From positions 1 to 53,781 of IMG/VR virus record IMGVR_UViG_3300025137_000003: a stretch of 53,781 nucleotides of DNA; one strand, written 5' to 3'. This DNA comes from a virus (lineage: Duplodnaviria; Caudoviricetes). Shown in pieces: positions 19,546-29,693 of the stretch. Under the pieces are notes generated by a model. It was not told the DNA's origin and searched no databases. It saw only the letters and a program-made list of their open reading frames with translations. Both the position numbers and the translations under genes were made by a program. Every line of letters starts with the position of its first letter. The stretch's first letter is position 1.

Positions 19546-19949
19546 TTTACTTTGTTCCTTAATCCAGTTGTACTGAAATTGTGTTGTCTTTTATTATAGT
19601 AAACTTTAATGGCTCTGTTCTCGCAAATATCTTTTCCAGTAAACCATTTGTCTTCAAAATTATATTCCTCTCCTATGATTCTAACATCTAAAGGAAGAGT
19701 GTTTAAAATATCTTCTAGTTCTTTTTCTGTATGATACACAATAGTATCATCTACCCATCTAACTGCTTTAACTTGTAGCTGTCTTTCTACAATACTTTGA
19801 ATAGGTTTATTCTTTTCAGGCCTGTCGGTTGAAGGGTCTGTTTGTATAGCTACTAATAGATGGTCGCATTTTTCTTTAGCTTCTTCAAACATTACTACAT
19901 GACCTGCATGTAATAAATCAAAAGCTCCGCAAGTTATTCCTCTAATCAT
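19542..19949 (-). CDS. TagD-like (glycerol-3-phosphate) cytidylyltransferase
   Basis: GAFDLLHAGHV (HxGH), KPIQSIVER, C-terminal FSTT. Confidence 0.85.
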   Translation of the reverse strand: MIRGITCGAFDLLHAGHVVMFEEAKEKCDHLLVAIQTDPSTDRPEKNKPIQSIVERQLQVKAVRWVDDTIVYHTEKELEDILNTLPLDVRIIGEEYNFEDKWFTGKDICENRAIKVYYNKRQHNFSTTGLRNKVK

Positions 19950-20212
19950 ATTAAGATTTGTGTTATTAAATTTTTAAGAAGTAGGACTAAGCCTGCTGCA
20001 TTTAAAATAATCAATGCCCTATCCTTCCAGATTATTCCTACCCATAACCATCCTATTACTCCAACAACAGACAGACATAAATCTATAGGTGTTAATTCTG
20101 GTATGCCTCTAATGGACATAGCTGCTAAAATAAAACAACTACTTACCCATTTAACATACCAGGATACATCTCCTTTAGGAGTTATAGATTTAAAATCAAA
20201 TTTACTTTTCAA
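19946..20212 (-). CDS. Small 3-TM membrane protein
   Basis: WYVKW...GWLWVGIIWKDRALIILN, three hydrophobic segments. Confidence 0.65.
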   Translation of the reverse strand: MKSKFDFKSITPKGDVSWYVKWVSSCFILAAMSIRGIPELTPIDLCLSVVGVIGWLWVGIIWKDRALIILNAAGLVLLLKNLITQILI

Positions 20213-21176
20213 AGCTAGAGAAAGTTATATTGTTTTGGCGGCCTCGTAGACCAGCCTTCATGTAAGTAGTAGCTCTACCTTCAAAGAAGTTTTGATGTTC
20301 TACTCCCATTACTTCATCTAACCAAGGTAAAGGATTTTCTCTTTGGTCGTAATTAGTTTTAAGTCCTAACTGTAACAACCTTCTGTCTGCTATGTATCTA
20401 TTATATTTATACATATCTTCTTTAGTTAATCCTTGTATGTCTCCCATAGCAAACACTAAATCTAAAAACTTATCTTCAAGCTCTACCATATCTCTACAGA
20501 TTTGATATAGCTCTCCTTTAAAATCATCTGTCCATATCTCTATGTTCTCTTGTATAAACTCTCTAAACAATTTAGTCATTGCTTCAACATGCATGGACTC
20601 ATCACGAATAGAGTAAGTAACTATCTGTCCCATTCCTTTCATTTTACCAAACCTAGGAAAGTTTAATAAGATTGCAAAGCTACTAAATAGTTGTAATCCC
20701 TCTGTAAATGCTGAGTAAACAGCTAAGGTTTTAGCTATTGTTTTTTTATCAGACTTTAAAGGTTTAAACTCTCCAACATAATCATGTTTGTCTGCCATCT
20801 CTTCATACTCTGCAAAAGCTTTGTACTCTATCTCAGGCATACCAACTGTATCAAGCAGTAAACTGTACGCATCTTGGTGTATTGATTCCATGTTAGCAAA
20901 AGAACTCATCATCATTCTTGCTTCAGGCTTTTTAAATATAGGCATATACTTATCTATATACCCTGCACCTACATCTACATCTGACTGAGTAAACAGTCTA
21001 AAGATTTGCGTAAGTAAATACTTTTCACTTTCTGATACATCCTGCCAATCTTTTACATCTGTATGTAATGGTACAGACTCAGGCATCCAATGCATTTGGT
21101 TTTGTAGTTTATAATACTCATACATCCATGGGTATTCAAACGGCTTATAGTAATCTCTATCTTGTGTTAGACTCAT
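20202..21176 (-). CDS. nrdB: Ribonucleotide reductase class I beta subunit
   Basis: FTQSD, ESIHQDAY, EGLQLFSSF, DESMH, NFFEGRATTY. Confidence 0.95.
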   Translation of the reverse strand: MSLTQDRDYYKPFEYPWMYEYYKLQNQMHWMPESVPLHTDVKDWQDVSESEKYLLTQIFRLFTQSDVDVGAGYIDKYMPIFKKPEARMMMSSFANMESIHQDAYSLLLDTVGMPEIEYKAFAEYEEMADKHDYVGEFKPLKSDKKTIAKTLAVYSAFTEGLQLFSSFAILLNFPRFGKMKGMGQIVTYSIRDESMHVEAMTKLFREFIQENIEIWTDDFKGELYQICRDMVELEDKFLDLVFAMGDIQGLTKEDMYKYNRYIADRRLLQLGLKTNYDQRENPLPWLDEVMGVEHQNFFEGRATTYMKAGLRGRQNNITFSSFEK

Positions 21177-21188
21177 TTTATTTTCTCC

Positions 21189-21770
21189 TTATCGAAATTG
21201 TCTTCCTTCAAACCAAGCTACAATAGTACGCCTAGTTCCTTTTGTTATTGGTGTTACTCTATGTGATAAGAAAGAAGGGAAGATTAATACTGCTCCCTTT
21301 TGTCTCATCTCTTCTTTAGGTAGAACTGTTCCTTGTCCGTCATTCAACTGGAAGTCTCCACCCTCGTACTCATAGCCATCTGTAAGTTGTAATGTTAAAC
21401 TTAACTTTCTATGAAATGCGTTTGGCGTATCAACAAAAGTGTCTATATGCCAATCGTAATGGTCTCCTGGTGCCTCATATATAGTGTACTGAACACTATC
21501 TAAATAACTGACATCAAAAGAAAAGTTTTCTCTGTTAGCTGCGTTTACAAAATTCCAAAGTCTTGATTGAATGAAACTCCATAATTCATATTGTTCTGGA
21601 TTGTTAGCTCCTATCCATCCTGTTTTACTTTTTCTAATTTTAAGTTCAGTTGAAGAGTTTACTTCTCCAACTACAGCTTCTTTAATATCTAATAACTTGT
21701 CTGCTTCCCTGTTTATATAGTCAACCTCTTCGTGAGAAAAACCATTTGGGAATATCATATTACTTTTCAT
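21189..21770 (-). CDS. 2OG-Fe(II) oxygenase (PKHD/prolyl-hydroxylase-like)
   Basis: YDWHID, RKLS, YEGGDF, IFPSFLSHRVTPITKGTR. Confidence 0.9.
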   Translation of the reverse strand: MKSNMIFPNGFSHEEVDYINREADKLLDIKEAVVGEVNSSTELKIRKSKTGWIGANNPEQYELWSFIQSRLWNFVNAANRENFSFDVSYLDSVQYTIYEAPGDHYDWHIDTFVDTPNAFHRKLSLTLQLTDGYEYEGGDFQLNDGQGTVLPKEEMRQKGAVLIFPSFLSHRVTPITKGTRRTIVAWFEGRQFR

Positions 21771-23669
21771 TTAACCCTCGCAAGCGATACACTCGCTATC
21801 ATCTAATCTAATTCTTGGTATCTTAACATTTACATTCTCTACATTTCTTGCAGCATTTGACCTAAAGTAATATAAAGATTTTAATTTATTCATACCATAC
21901 CAATGAACATCATGCACATACTGTAAGTAATCATCATGTACTTCCTGGGGTTCAGTAGTCTTAGGTAAAGTAAAGAAGAGATTAACTGACTGTGCTTGAC
22001 AAACATATTGCTGTCTTTGATAAGCATGTTCAACTATCCATATTTGATTTATCTCGTTAGCAGTTTTAAATACTTCTTTCTCTTCATCTGTTAAAACTTC
22101 TAAGTGTTGAACTGAACCTTCCGAACCTGAAATACTTTTCCAAATACCTTCAAGCTCTTTAGCTTTAAGTCCTTTTCCTTTTAATATCTTTTCTAAGAAT
22201 TTATTCTTTACTTGATAGCTTCCTGATAAAGTTTTATGTGTATATGCGTTAGCACGAAAAGGCTCAATACTAGGGGAAGTACCACTACAGATAATACCAG
22301 AGCTAGCGTTAGGAGCAATAGCGAGAAGGTGAGCATTCCTACGGCCTGAACCATGGACATCAGGAGCTTCACCCCTTTGTTCTGCCAACTGTTCAGACGC
22401 TTTTTGTGCTTTATCCTTAATAAGTTTAAATGCTTTATTGTTAAACCCAACAGCAAATATGCCTTCAAAAGGAATTTTTTTAGATTGGAGATAAGCATGG
22501 AACCCCATAGCCCCAAGACCAATGCTGCGTTCCCTATATGCAGAGTAAGCTGACTTAGCATAGCCACGCTTCCCTTTATAAATATGTTTTTTAAATCTCG
22601 TAAAGTCTGCACTTCGTCCTCCTAAATGTGTCGTGTCTACTGCGTTATCAATATAATGTTCTAACACATTGTCCAACATGGTTATTAAATCTTGTATGAA
22701 TAAAGGATGTTCAGACCAATCATCAAAATGTTCTAAGTTTACAGAAGACAAACAACATACTGCTGTCCTCTCTTCGTCTGTTGCTAATGTTATCTCTGAG
22801 CATAAGTTGCTTTGTTTTATACTAAGCCCTAAATCTTTTTGCTCTTTTGGTAAAGCTTCATTACATGTATCTATATTTAACATGTAAGGCTCCCCTGTTT
22901 CTGCTCTAGCTATTAGTATCTGCCACCATAAATCTCTAGCCTTAACAGTTTTAACTGCTTCGTTTGTCTTAGGGTCTATTAATCTCCAATCAGTATCTGA
23001 TTCTACGGCTCTTAAAAAACTATTAGTTATGTTAATACCATTGTGTAGGTTTAAACATTTTCTATTTATATCACCGCCACTTTCTTTTCTTACATTTATA
23101 AACTCTTCAATTTCAGGATGAGAGATATCTAAGTATGCAGCATACGAGCCTCTCCTGGTAGTGCCTTGATTAAAGGCTAACATTTGTGAGTCAACTACAT
23201 GGAGGAAAGGAATACTTCCAGTAGAACGACTGCCATGAGCAGTAGGAATACCATTGCTTCTAACATTCCCCCAATATCCACCAATGCCTCCACCTGAAGA
23301 TGCGAGCCATATATTCTCATCATAATGAGCAGAAAGCCCACCCCTACTGTCAGGTACATAATTAAGAAAACAACTGATAGGAAGCCCGCGAGTTGTACCT
23401 CCATTACTAAGTATAGGAGTGCTGAACATGAACCAACGAGAGGAACTGTAGTCATAAAGGCGTTGAGCCAATTCAAAATCTGTCTTACCTTTATAGGTAG
23501 CTCCGAAAACGGAGGCTCGTCCAAGGGCTTCTTGTGCATGTGTTTCTCCTTCCCAAAAATATCTGTCTTTGAGTGTGTCTATACTAAATTTATCAAAAGT
23601 TTTTTCTTTATCATAATCTATTTCAATTCCTAAGTAAGGCTTAGTTCCTATCTTATCTTCCATTGTCAT
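21771..23669 (-). CDS. nrdA: Ribonucleotide reductase class I alpha subunit
   Basis: STPILSN, PISCF, SNLCSEI, AIAPNASS, KSLYY, C-terminal CIACEG. Confidence 0.95.
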   Translation of the reverse strand: MTMEDKIGTKPYLGIEIDYDKEKTFDKFSIDTLKDRYFWEGETHAQEALGRASVFGATYKGKTDFELAQRLYDYSSSRWFMFSTPILSNGGTTRGLPISCFLNYVPDSRGGLSAHYDENIWLASSGGGIGGYWGNVRSNGIPTAHGSRSTGSIPFLHVVDSQMLAFNQGTTRRGSYAAYLDISHPEIEEFINVRKESGGDINRKCLNLHNGINITNSFLRAVESDTDWRLIDPKTNEAVKTVKARDLWWQILIARAETGEPYMLNIDTCNEALPKEQKDLGLSIKQSNLCSEITLATDEERTAVCCLSSVNLEHFDDWSEHPLFIQDLITMLDNVLEHYIDNAVDTTHLGGRSADFTRFKKHIYKGKRGYAKSAYSAYRERSIGLGAMGFHAYLQSKKIPFEGIFAVGFNNKAFKLIKDKAQKASEQLAEQRGEAPDVHGSGRRNAHLLAIAPNASSGIICSGTSPSIEPFRANAYTHKTLSGSYQVKNKFLEKILKGKGLKAKELEGIWKSISGSEGSVQHLEVLTDEEKEVFKTANEINQIWIVEHAYQRQQYVCQAQSVNLFFTLPKTTEPQEVHDDYLQYVHDVHWYGMNKLKSLYYFRSNAARNVENVNVKIPRIRLDDSECIACEG

Positions 23670-23928
23670 CTTCCTCTCCAGTACAGTACAATGCTATAAC
23701 TGCGTAATGAATTATCTTTAATAATTCTTTTTGTTTTTCATCCTTCTTACCACACCTCATAGCATACTTCATTATATTTCCAATGCAAAAAGATTCTCCG
23801 TGGCCTGCGTCTATAATCATATCTGTTGCTTGATACTTTCCGTTAGCATAGTGTTGATTATAAGTGTTGCCTATATACGCTTTAACTTCATTTAAAATCT
23901 TATCTTCTTTAAATTTATAATTAGGCAT
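23653..23928 (-). CDS. DUF3310-like protein (T7 gp1.7 nucleotide-kinase-related)
   Basis: HY...FCIGNIMKYAMRCGKK...ELLKIIHY; start moved to MPNYKF. Confidence 0.7.
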   Translation of the reverse strand: MPNYKFKEDKILNEVKAYIGNTYNQHYANGKYQATDMIIDAGHGESFCIGNIMKYAMRCGKKDEKQKELLKIIHYAVIALYCTGEEDDNGR

Positions 23929-24352
23929 TCTTCCATTCCTCTGGTAAAGTATCTTCACTATACCAAGTAAAATCATTTGTCTCAGCCCACTCAGCATGAG
24001 TTCTCTTAGTACCATTTCTTCTTATCTTGGCACCAGGCATAGGTGAAAAAGGTTTTTGAAAAAGAAATACTAATTCATAATTCTTAGGTAAAGCAGTACG
24101 AATATGTATATACTTATTATACTCCGAGTAATCCCAAAATCTACCCTTTGCTTCTAATAAGATAGTTTTATTTTTAATAACTTTAACAAAGTCAGGTTCG
24201 TACTTATGTTTAATAGTGTAATGAATGTTATCCCAATGATGTATCCATTTCTGCAACACAGTTTCATGTAGTGTTGCTTCCCACAAACTGTCATACCCTT
24301 TAGGAACATTAACTTTTTTAGGCCGTGGTTTTCTTGGAACTCTTCTAGGCAT
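23921..24352 (-). CDS. T7 endonuclease I-like Holliday junction resolvase
   Basis: YDSLWE, YEPDF, LLEAKGRF, WAE..F.W. Confidence 0.85.
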   Translation of the reverse strand: MPRRVPRKPRPKKVNVPKGYDSLWEATLHETVLQKWIHHWDNIHYTIKHKYEPDFVKVIKNKTILLEAKGRFWDYSEYNKYIHIRTALPKNYELVFLFQKPFSPMPGAKIRRNGTKRTHAEWAETNDFTWYSEDTLPEEWKNA

Positions 24353-24611
24353 TGAAGTCTTCTAATCCTATATCATCTAAACTCTTACCATTCTTTAATG
24401 CTTTCTTAATTCTATTCTGTATCCATTTAAAAGACCAAGCAGATGTTGTTAGCTGTCCTTGGATAAAGTTATGAGTTTGAGTAGGTAACATTCTTATAGC
24501 GTCTTCAGGCTTCATCTTTGCGGCCTCTTCCTCAGAAACTAAAGTCTTAACCCAAGCGTATAATATAACTAAACTTTTCTTTCTTATTGCTTTTGCTTTT
24601 CTTCCATTCAT
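24345..24611 (-). CDS. Hypothetical protein
   Basis: 88 aa, coupled to neighbours. Confidence 0.7.
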   Translation of the reverse strand: MNGRKAKAIRKKSLVILYAWVKTLVSEEEAAKMKPEDAIRMLPTQTHNFIQGQLTTSAWSFKWIQNRIKKALKNGKSLDDIGLEDFNA

Positions 24612-25489
24612 ATTAATACTTCCTCAACATTTGGTTGCTTAACTACAGTTGTTAGGTAGGCATTACCTTTAGCATACTTAAATATTCTTAGACCTGCTCC
24701 ATCATTTGCTTCCTTATGACATTCAAATTTATAAGGACACCAATTACATTGTCTAGGTAACTTCATGTTGCCACTTTTGCCTTCAGCTATAGGCTTATAG
24801 CAGAAATCAGGGGCTGTAGAACTCTTAGTTATTTTCTTAATTGTATCTATTCTGTTTTTAATATTAGGTTTATCAAAGTCATCTGGTTTAAAGAACACTA
24901 TCTCGCCTGACTCTTTGTTCATTACTAAGAAGCCTCCTTCCTCTGTCTTCATAGCTTCTTCATACCCTGCTAACTGAGCTAAGTATCCAAACCCATCATC
25001 CTCAGCTAAAGTTCCTTCATTAAATTTCTTGAAAGCAAAACCAGAAGCTGTCTTAACATCTACAACCTCTCCGTTAATAGTGCAGTCCATGTGTCCTTTG
25101 ATACCTTTAACTGTTACTTCTTTCTGTTCATGGTCAACCTCATGGCCTGCCATCTTGACAAAAGTTAGCATAAGAACTTCTAATAAATGACCATAAAGAA
25201 ATTTGATATACATACTAGGATGTAATTCCTTTACAGTTTTATCTTTAGAGTTTATGTCATACCAAAGTTGTCTATCAGGTTTCCCTATGTTAGACATCCT
25301 TAGTCCTGGCTTAACTTCATTACTTATCTTTTGAGGAGTAGCCCAATGTTTTAATGCTGCGGCCATCTCTACACCAAAAGTTTCTAAAGTATCATCTGAT
25401 ATTTTTAATTCTTTTCCCTTAGCTATTACACCAATAGTATTATATATATCTTCTACAAGCGTGGAGTTATTCTTCTTTATCGTCTTCAT
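24608..25489 (-). CDS. PD-(D/E)XK exonuclease (RecB/Cas4-like)
   Basis: LRMSNIG, GHMD, VVDVKT, YLAQLAGY, CNWCPYKFEC. Confidence 0.85.
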   Translation of the reverse strand: MKTIKKNNSTLVEDIYNTIGVIAKGKELKISDDTLETFGVEMAAALKHWATPQKISNEVKPGLRMSNIGKPDRQLWYDINSKDKTVKELHPSMYIKFLYGHLLEVLMLTFVKMAGHEVDHEQKEVTVKGIKGHMDCTINGEVVDVKTASGFAFKKFNEGTLAEDDGFGYLAQLAGYEEAMKTEEGGFLVMNKESGEIVFFKPDDFDKPNIKNRIDTIKKITKSSTAPDFCYKPIAEGKSGNMKLPRQCNWCPYKFECHKEANDGAGLRIFKYAKGNAYLTTVVKQPNVEEVLI

Positions 25490-25895
25490 CTAGTTTATCC
25501 TTGAATGCTTTTATTACATCACTTGAAAACAATTTTTGCAAGTTGACTAAGAACATTCTACTTGCGTTATGGTCTCCGCCTGATACAGTTTTAAAAGAAT
25601 CTAATTCATTAACAATAGTTCTTAACATGTTAGTATCAAAAACTAAAGTACAAAACTCATTGTCTCCTACACATAAGTTATGAAACCAATAGTCAGCTTC
25701 TGTTGTTTTAATACCAGAAGGTTTACCATAAGACTCGTATTCAATGCAGATGTTTCCTGTCTTCATCCACATTCCTCTCTCTGATTTAACCTCAATCTTT
25801 TTACCTGTCAGCATCTTAGCAATCTTTTCTTCTCTTATCTCTCCATACTCTAAATCTAAATCAAACTTCTTTCTATCTTCTTTAATGGGTTTCAC
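25467..25895 (-). CDS. Hypothetical protein, possible PD-(D/E)XK fold
   Basis: IEVKSE...TGNICIE...PSGI.TTEADYW. Confidence 0.6.
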   Translation of the reverse strand: MKPIKEDRKKFDLDLEYGEIREEKIAKMLTGKKIEVKSERGMWMKTGNICIEYESYGKPSGIKTTEADYWFHNLCVGDNEFCTLVFDTNMLRTIVNELDSFKTVSGGDHNASRMFLVNLQKLFSSDVIKAFKDKLDEDDKEE

Positions 25896-27624
25896 TCCAA
25901 TCTCCTCCTATGCGATACTCAGCATCCAAGGGACACCTCATGTTATAATAATCAGCAGTCTTTCTTATTGAGTCAACTGCTACTTCTCCCACAAATTCTG
26001 CGTTCTTTTCTTTTGTTTCAACCTGCCACTCATCATGTACATTTGCTACTATTTTAAAAGGAACTGCATTTAATCTAAGCGTGTCATAAAAAATAACTAA
26101 AGCTCTCTTCATTACTATAGCTCCTGCACTCTGCAATAAAGTATTTAAAGCTGCATGTTGGTGCCTAAGTTTTATCTTTCTTCCGTCTAGTCCTTTGAGG
26201 AACCCTCTTTTAGACGCTGTATCAACTCTTGCTTTAAGAGATTTGAATGCTGAGAGACCACTAAGAAAGCGTTCTCGCATTCTTGCACCTTCTTTTCTGC
26301 CTCCTCCAATAATGCTACCAATCTTTTCATCTCCTGCTCCGTATATGAGGGCATAGATGAAAGTTTTTGCCTCATCTCTTGATTCAAGTCCAGCAAGTTT
26401 TTGATTAGCTGTGTGTATATCTCCGTTAAGAATTTCATTTGTGTACTCCTCATCAGCCATATAGTGTGCTAATAATCTTAGTTCTAATTGACTTGCATCT
26501 ATACCTACAAGTTTATTTCCTGGGTCTACAGTCCAACAAGCTCTACATTCTTTACCATAAGGATTATAAATACTTGGTATCTGTGCCATGTTAGGATTTC
26601 TATGAGTCATCCTTCCTGTTATAGCTCCGTTAGATATAACAAAGCCATGAACCCTGCCGTCTTCTTCAACCGCTTCTACCCAGGATTGTATCTGAGCTAT
26701 TCGTTTTTGAACTAATAAGAACTCAGCTATTAAATTAGCTTCGTGTATATGTTCTATCTTTTTAAGAGTAACCTCATCTACAATAGGCTGCCCTGTAGGA
26801 GTAAACCTATTAGGCTTCCATCCAAAATCAATAAGATATTCTCCTATTTGTTTCCTGCTGCCTAAATTAAACTCAACTAATTTCTTACGAGTAAAAGTAG
26901 AATGGTCTCCACTTGCTACTCTTTCTTTGTATTCATCCTCAGTCAGTCCTCTCTTACCTAAAGTTCCATCTTGTTTTATAAAAGGAGTTACCTCTCTTAC
27001 ATCAACCCACTTAGGTTTAAAAGTATTGTGTACTTCCTCCTCAACTTCTTTCTTTCTTTTGTTTAACTTACTAAGTAATAACATGGCGGCCTGCTCATCA
27101 AAAGCAAAGCCGTCTTTCCTTTGTTCATCTACAATTTTAAACACGCTATGTTCTAAGTTAAAAGATTCTTTTGAAAAACCTTTAGCAACTTTGAGTAAGT
27201 GTAAGTATAGTTTTCTATTTAACTTTACATCTTGGATACAGTAATCCAACATCTCTTTGTTGTATTCTGTAAAGTCTTCAGGGGACTCCCCTTTCTGGCA
27301 CTCTAAGTCAAAGCCCCAGTTCTTTAAGCTATGTCCTTTCTCTTTATTAGGATTGATAAGTCTTGATATAACTAAGGTATCAAATACTTTTGCACTCAAT
27401 GATAAATCAACACCTGTTAAATTTTTAATGACAGGTAAATCAAAACCTATTATGTTATGACCTACTAAGATATCTGCCTTTGCTAAAAACTCAATGCCTT
27501 TATCTATCTCATGTGGTTCAAAAGTATATACCTTATTGTAGTCATCAATAGCAACAATACACCATATCTTAGTAGCAAGTATGTCATCTGTTTCTATATC
27601 AAATACTAATTTCAAAATGGACAA
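25882..27624 (-). CDS. polA: Family A DNA polymerase with 3'-5' exonuclease (T7-like; Tyr at the 762-equivalent position)
   Basis: FDIETD, GHNIIGFD, DASQLELR, RDEAKTFIYALIYG, VHDEWQ; true start may be TTG at 27615. Confidence 0.95.
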   Translation of the reverse strand: MSILKLVFDIETDDILATKIWCIVAIDDYNKVYTFEPHEIDKGIEFLAKADILVGHNIIGFDLPVIKNLTGVDLSLSAKVFDTLVISRLINPNKEKGHSLKNWGFDLECQKGESPEDFTEYNKEMLDYCIQDVKLNRKLYLHLLKVAKGFSKESFNLEHSVFKIVDEQRKDGFAFDEQAAMLLLSKLNKRKKEVEEEVHNTFKPKWVDVREVTPFIKQDGTLGKRGLTEDEYKERVASGDHSTFTRKKLVEFNLGSRKQIGEYLIDFGWKPNRFTPTGQPIVDEVTLKKIEHIHEANLIAEFLLVQKRIAQIQSWVEAVEEDGRVHGFVISNGAITGRMTHRNPNMAQIPSIYNPYGKECRACWTVDPGNKLVGIDASQLELRLLAHYMADEEYTNEILNGDIHTANQKLAGLESRDEAKTFIYALIYGAGDEKIGSIIGGGRKEGARMRERFLSGLSAFKSLKARVDTASKRGFLKGLDGRKIKLRHQHAALNTLLQSAGAIVMKRALVIFYDTLRLNAVPFKIVANVHDEWQVETKEKNAEFVGEVAVDSIRKTADYYNMRCPLDAEYRIGGDWSETH

Positions 27625-29279
27625 GCCTCATTGTCAACCTCTAATTCAGAAAGGTCTGCTTCAGATAATCTTCCTGTCTCTACATCATATACCAAAGAGG
27701 TGGCCATCCCTACATCACCTGTATATCTAGACTTTAAAACCCTAAGCTTAGAAGTTCTAGCCTCAGTCTCATCTTCAGCCTGTTGGTTTCTTTCAATAGC
27801 TATAACACAATCACTAAGCTGCCCTATACTATTAGACCCTCTGAGATGAGATAGAGATACTTCAATACCATTCTCATGTCCTTTGTTTCCATCCACTCTT
27901 CTAAGATGTGATACCAATATTATACCAGCCCCGGTTTCTTCTACCATGCTTCTTAACCTAGTCATAATATTATCTATGGCTCGTCTCTCATCTCCTTCAG
28001 CTAATGCAGATACTAACATGTGTAGATGGTCAACTACTATCCACTTACAATCGCATCCTACTATTAAGTATCTAAGCTTAGCAAAGATAGCATCAATGTC
28101 GTTTGTCCCAAAGTGTGCATGAACAAAAACTCTATCATTACTAAAAGTTTTATCATACATTTCTTCTAGTGTAGTCCTATCAATACTCTCTCTTATGTGG
28201 TCAATGTATAACCTGGCGTCTGCTTCAATAGATAGAACACCATCAACTGTTCTCTTCCAATCTTCTTCTAATGCTATGATACCTACATTGTCCTCTGTCT
28301 GATTAATAATCCAATGTTCTAATTCTCTAGTGATACTAGACTTACCAAGACCTGTACCACCTGTAAGTGTTACGAGTTCTCCCTGTCTCATACCATATAG
28401 TTTTTTATTCAACCCTTCCCATGGATAAGGTACGCTTTCTTTCTTTTCTCTATTAAAGAATTGTTCTTTCTTTTCTGATACTCTTATTATTCCACTAGGA
28501 GTATAGACCTGTGCATCCCACCAACTCCTTGTAAACTGCTCATACTTTTTCTGTTTAAGCATATCGTTAGGGTCTTTAAATCCGTTAGGTAGATTAACTA
28601 TCTTAGCCTTTCCAGGTTTCAGTATTGTAGCCACCTCAATGGAAGCTTTCTTTCCTGCAGCATCATTATCAAAACAGATAACAATATTGTCAAAGCTTTC
28701 AACATACTCTAGGTTTTCTTTTACATCTCTTACTGCTGAGGCCGCACCTCTTTTAATAGATACGCAAGCCCACTTACTACCCATGAGTTCAAATGCGGCC
28801 ATAGCATCACACTCTCCCTCAGTAATAGTAAGGAACTTACCTCCCTCTTTAAATAAATGTTGACCAAATAATCCTGTATCTTTTATATCTCCTTGGGTTA
28901 TAAATTTTTTATCCCTAGTATATCTAATTTTATTACCAGACAATTCGTTATTAATAAAGTAAGGGTAGACATGCTGAGCTATCTCTCCCTGACTATTATA
29001 TACAACCTTAACACCATACTTCTTTGCTGTCTCTGAGCCTATGCTTCTATCAGATAGAGAGGCATAAGAGCTACCATTAACATTAAGTAATGGAGAGACT
29101 GTTTCTTTAGGTGGTTCTTGGTAGAAATCATCCTCAGTATTCTGTTCATACTTTGGAAAAAATTTATCGCAACTAAAACATTTAGCTGAGCCGTCTTCAT
29201 TAACGGATAGTGCGTCTGAACTTTTACATTCTGGACATGGTAGGTGGTACTTCGTAAACTTTGACACTTCTTTAGACAT
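27612..29279 (-). CDS. T7 gp4-like primase-helicase
   Basis: Zn ribbon CPEC/CFSC, TOPRIM ITEGECDA and FDNDAAG, Walker A GGTGLGKS, VDHL, LRGS, KSRYTG. Confidence 0.95.
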   Translation of the reverse strand: MSKEVSKFTKYHLPCPECKSSDALSVNEDGSAKCFSCDKFFPKYEQNTEDDFYQEPPKETVSPLLNVNGSSYASLSDRSIGSETAKKYGVKVVYNSQGEIAQHVYPYFINNELSGNKIRYTRDKKFITQGDIKDTGLFGQHLFKEGGKFLTITEGECDAMAAFELMGSKWACVSIKRGAASAVRDVKENLEYVESFDNIVICFDNDAAGKKASIEVATILKPGKAKIVNLPNGFKDPNDMLKQKKYEQFTRSWWDAQVYTPSGIIRVSEKKEQFFNREKKESVPYPWEGLNKKLYGMRQGELVTLTGGTGLGKSSITRELEHWIINQTEDNVGIIALEEDWKRTVDGVLSIEADARLYIDHIRESIDRTTLEEMYDKTFSNDRVFVHAHFGTNDIDAIFAKLRYLIVGCDCKWIVVDHLHMLVSALAEGDERRAIDNIMTRLRSMVEETGAGIILVSHLRRVDGNKGHENGIEVSLSHLRGSNSIGQLSDCVIAIERNQQAEDETEARTSKLRVLKSRYTGDVGMATSLVYDVETGRLSEADLSELEVDNEACPF

Positions 29280-29296
29280 GGGTTCTCCTTGAAAAG

Positions 29297-29400
29297 CGGG
29301 GCTAGCTACAAGGTATGGAGAACATTTCCTTGTGTCTAACAGGAGAGTTGCTTATAACTAGCCCCTAAAATTGATTGGTAGTTTTACACATAGACTACCA
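29297..29400 (-). promoter_or_regulatory. Structured leader or terminator-like element upstream of primase-helicase
   Basis: ggggctag...ctagcccc stem enclosing acaagg...ccttgt; adjacent tggtagt...actacca hairpin. Confidence 0.55.
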
Positions 29401-29417
29401 AAACTATGGCTAATTAC

Positions 29418-29693
29418 TTAGCTTTCAGGGGTCTCCTCTTCCGTAGAGTTCTCCGTCTCTACTTCCTCTACTTCCTCTTCGTGTGCAGCAATAAGAGCTT
29501 CAGGATTTGTGGCACATAAATGTTCTAAGTTTTTCCTATGTGCTACACCTGCAATACTTAACGCTTCCTTTACTACCTCAATGGTAGAAACTTTATTAAC
29601 AATAACCTTTGCCTGGGTCTTGACTGACTCATCCCCTATTGCATTGATATCGTATTTAATAATACCATCATTGGTACTGATACTTACTATCAT
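29418..29693 (-). CDS. Hypothetical protein with acidic tail
   Basis: 91 aa, coupled to the SSB gene. Confidence 0.7.
   Translation of the reverse strand: MIVSISTNDGIIKYDINAIGDESVKTQAKVIVNKVSTIEVVKEALSIAGVAHRKNLEHLCATNPEALIAAHEEEVEEVETENSTEEETPES

Noticed and set aside
24608-25489. Cas4-like nuclease as evidence of a CRISPR system
   Set aside because: It sits in the replication operon like ordinary phage exonucleases, with no array or other cas genes.
20202-29279. Introns or inteins in nrdA, nrdB, polA or helicase; alternative genetic code
   Set aside because: Proteins are normal length and uninterrupted, and all three standard stops end genes.
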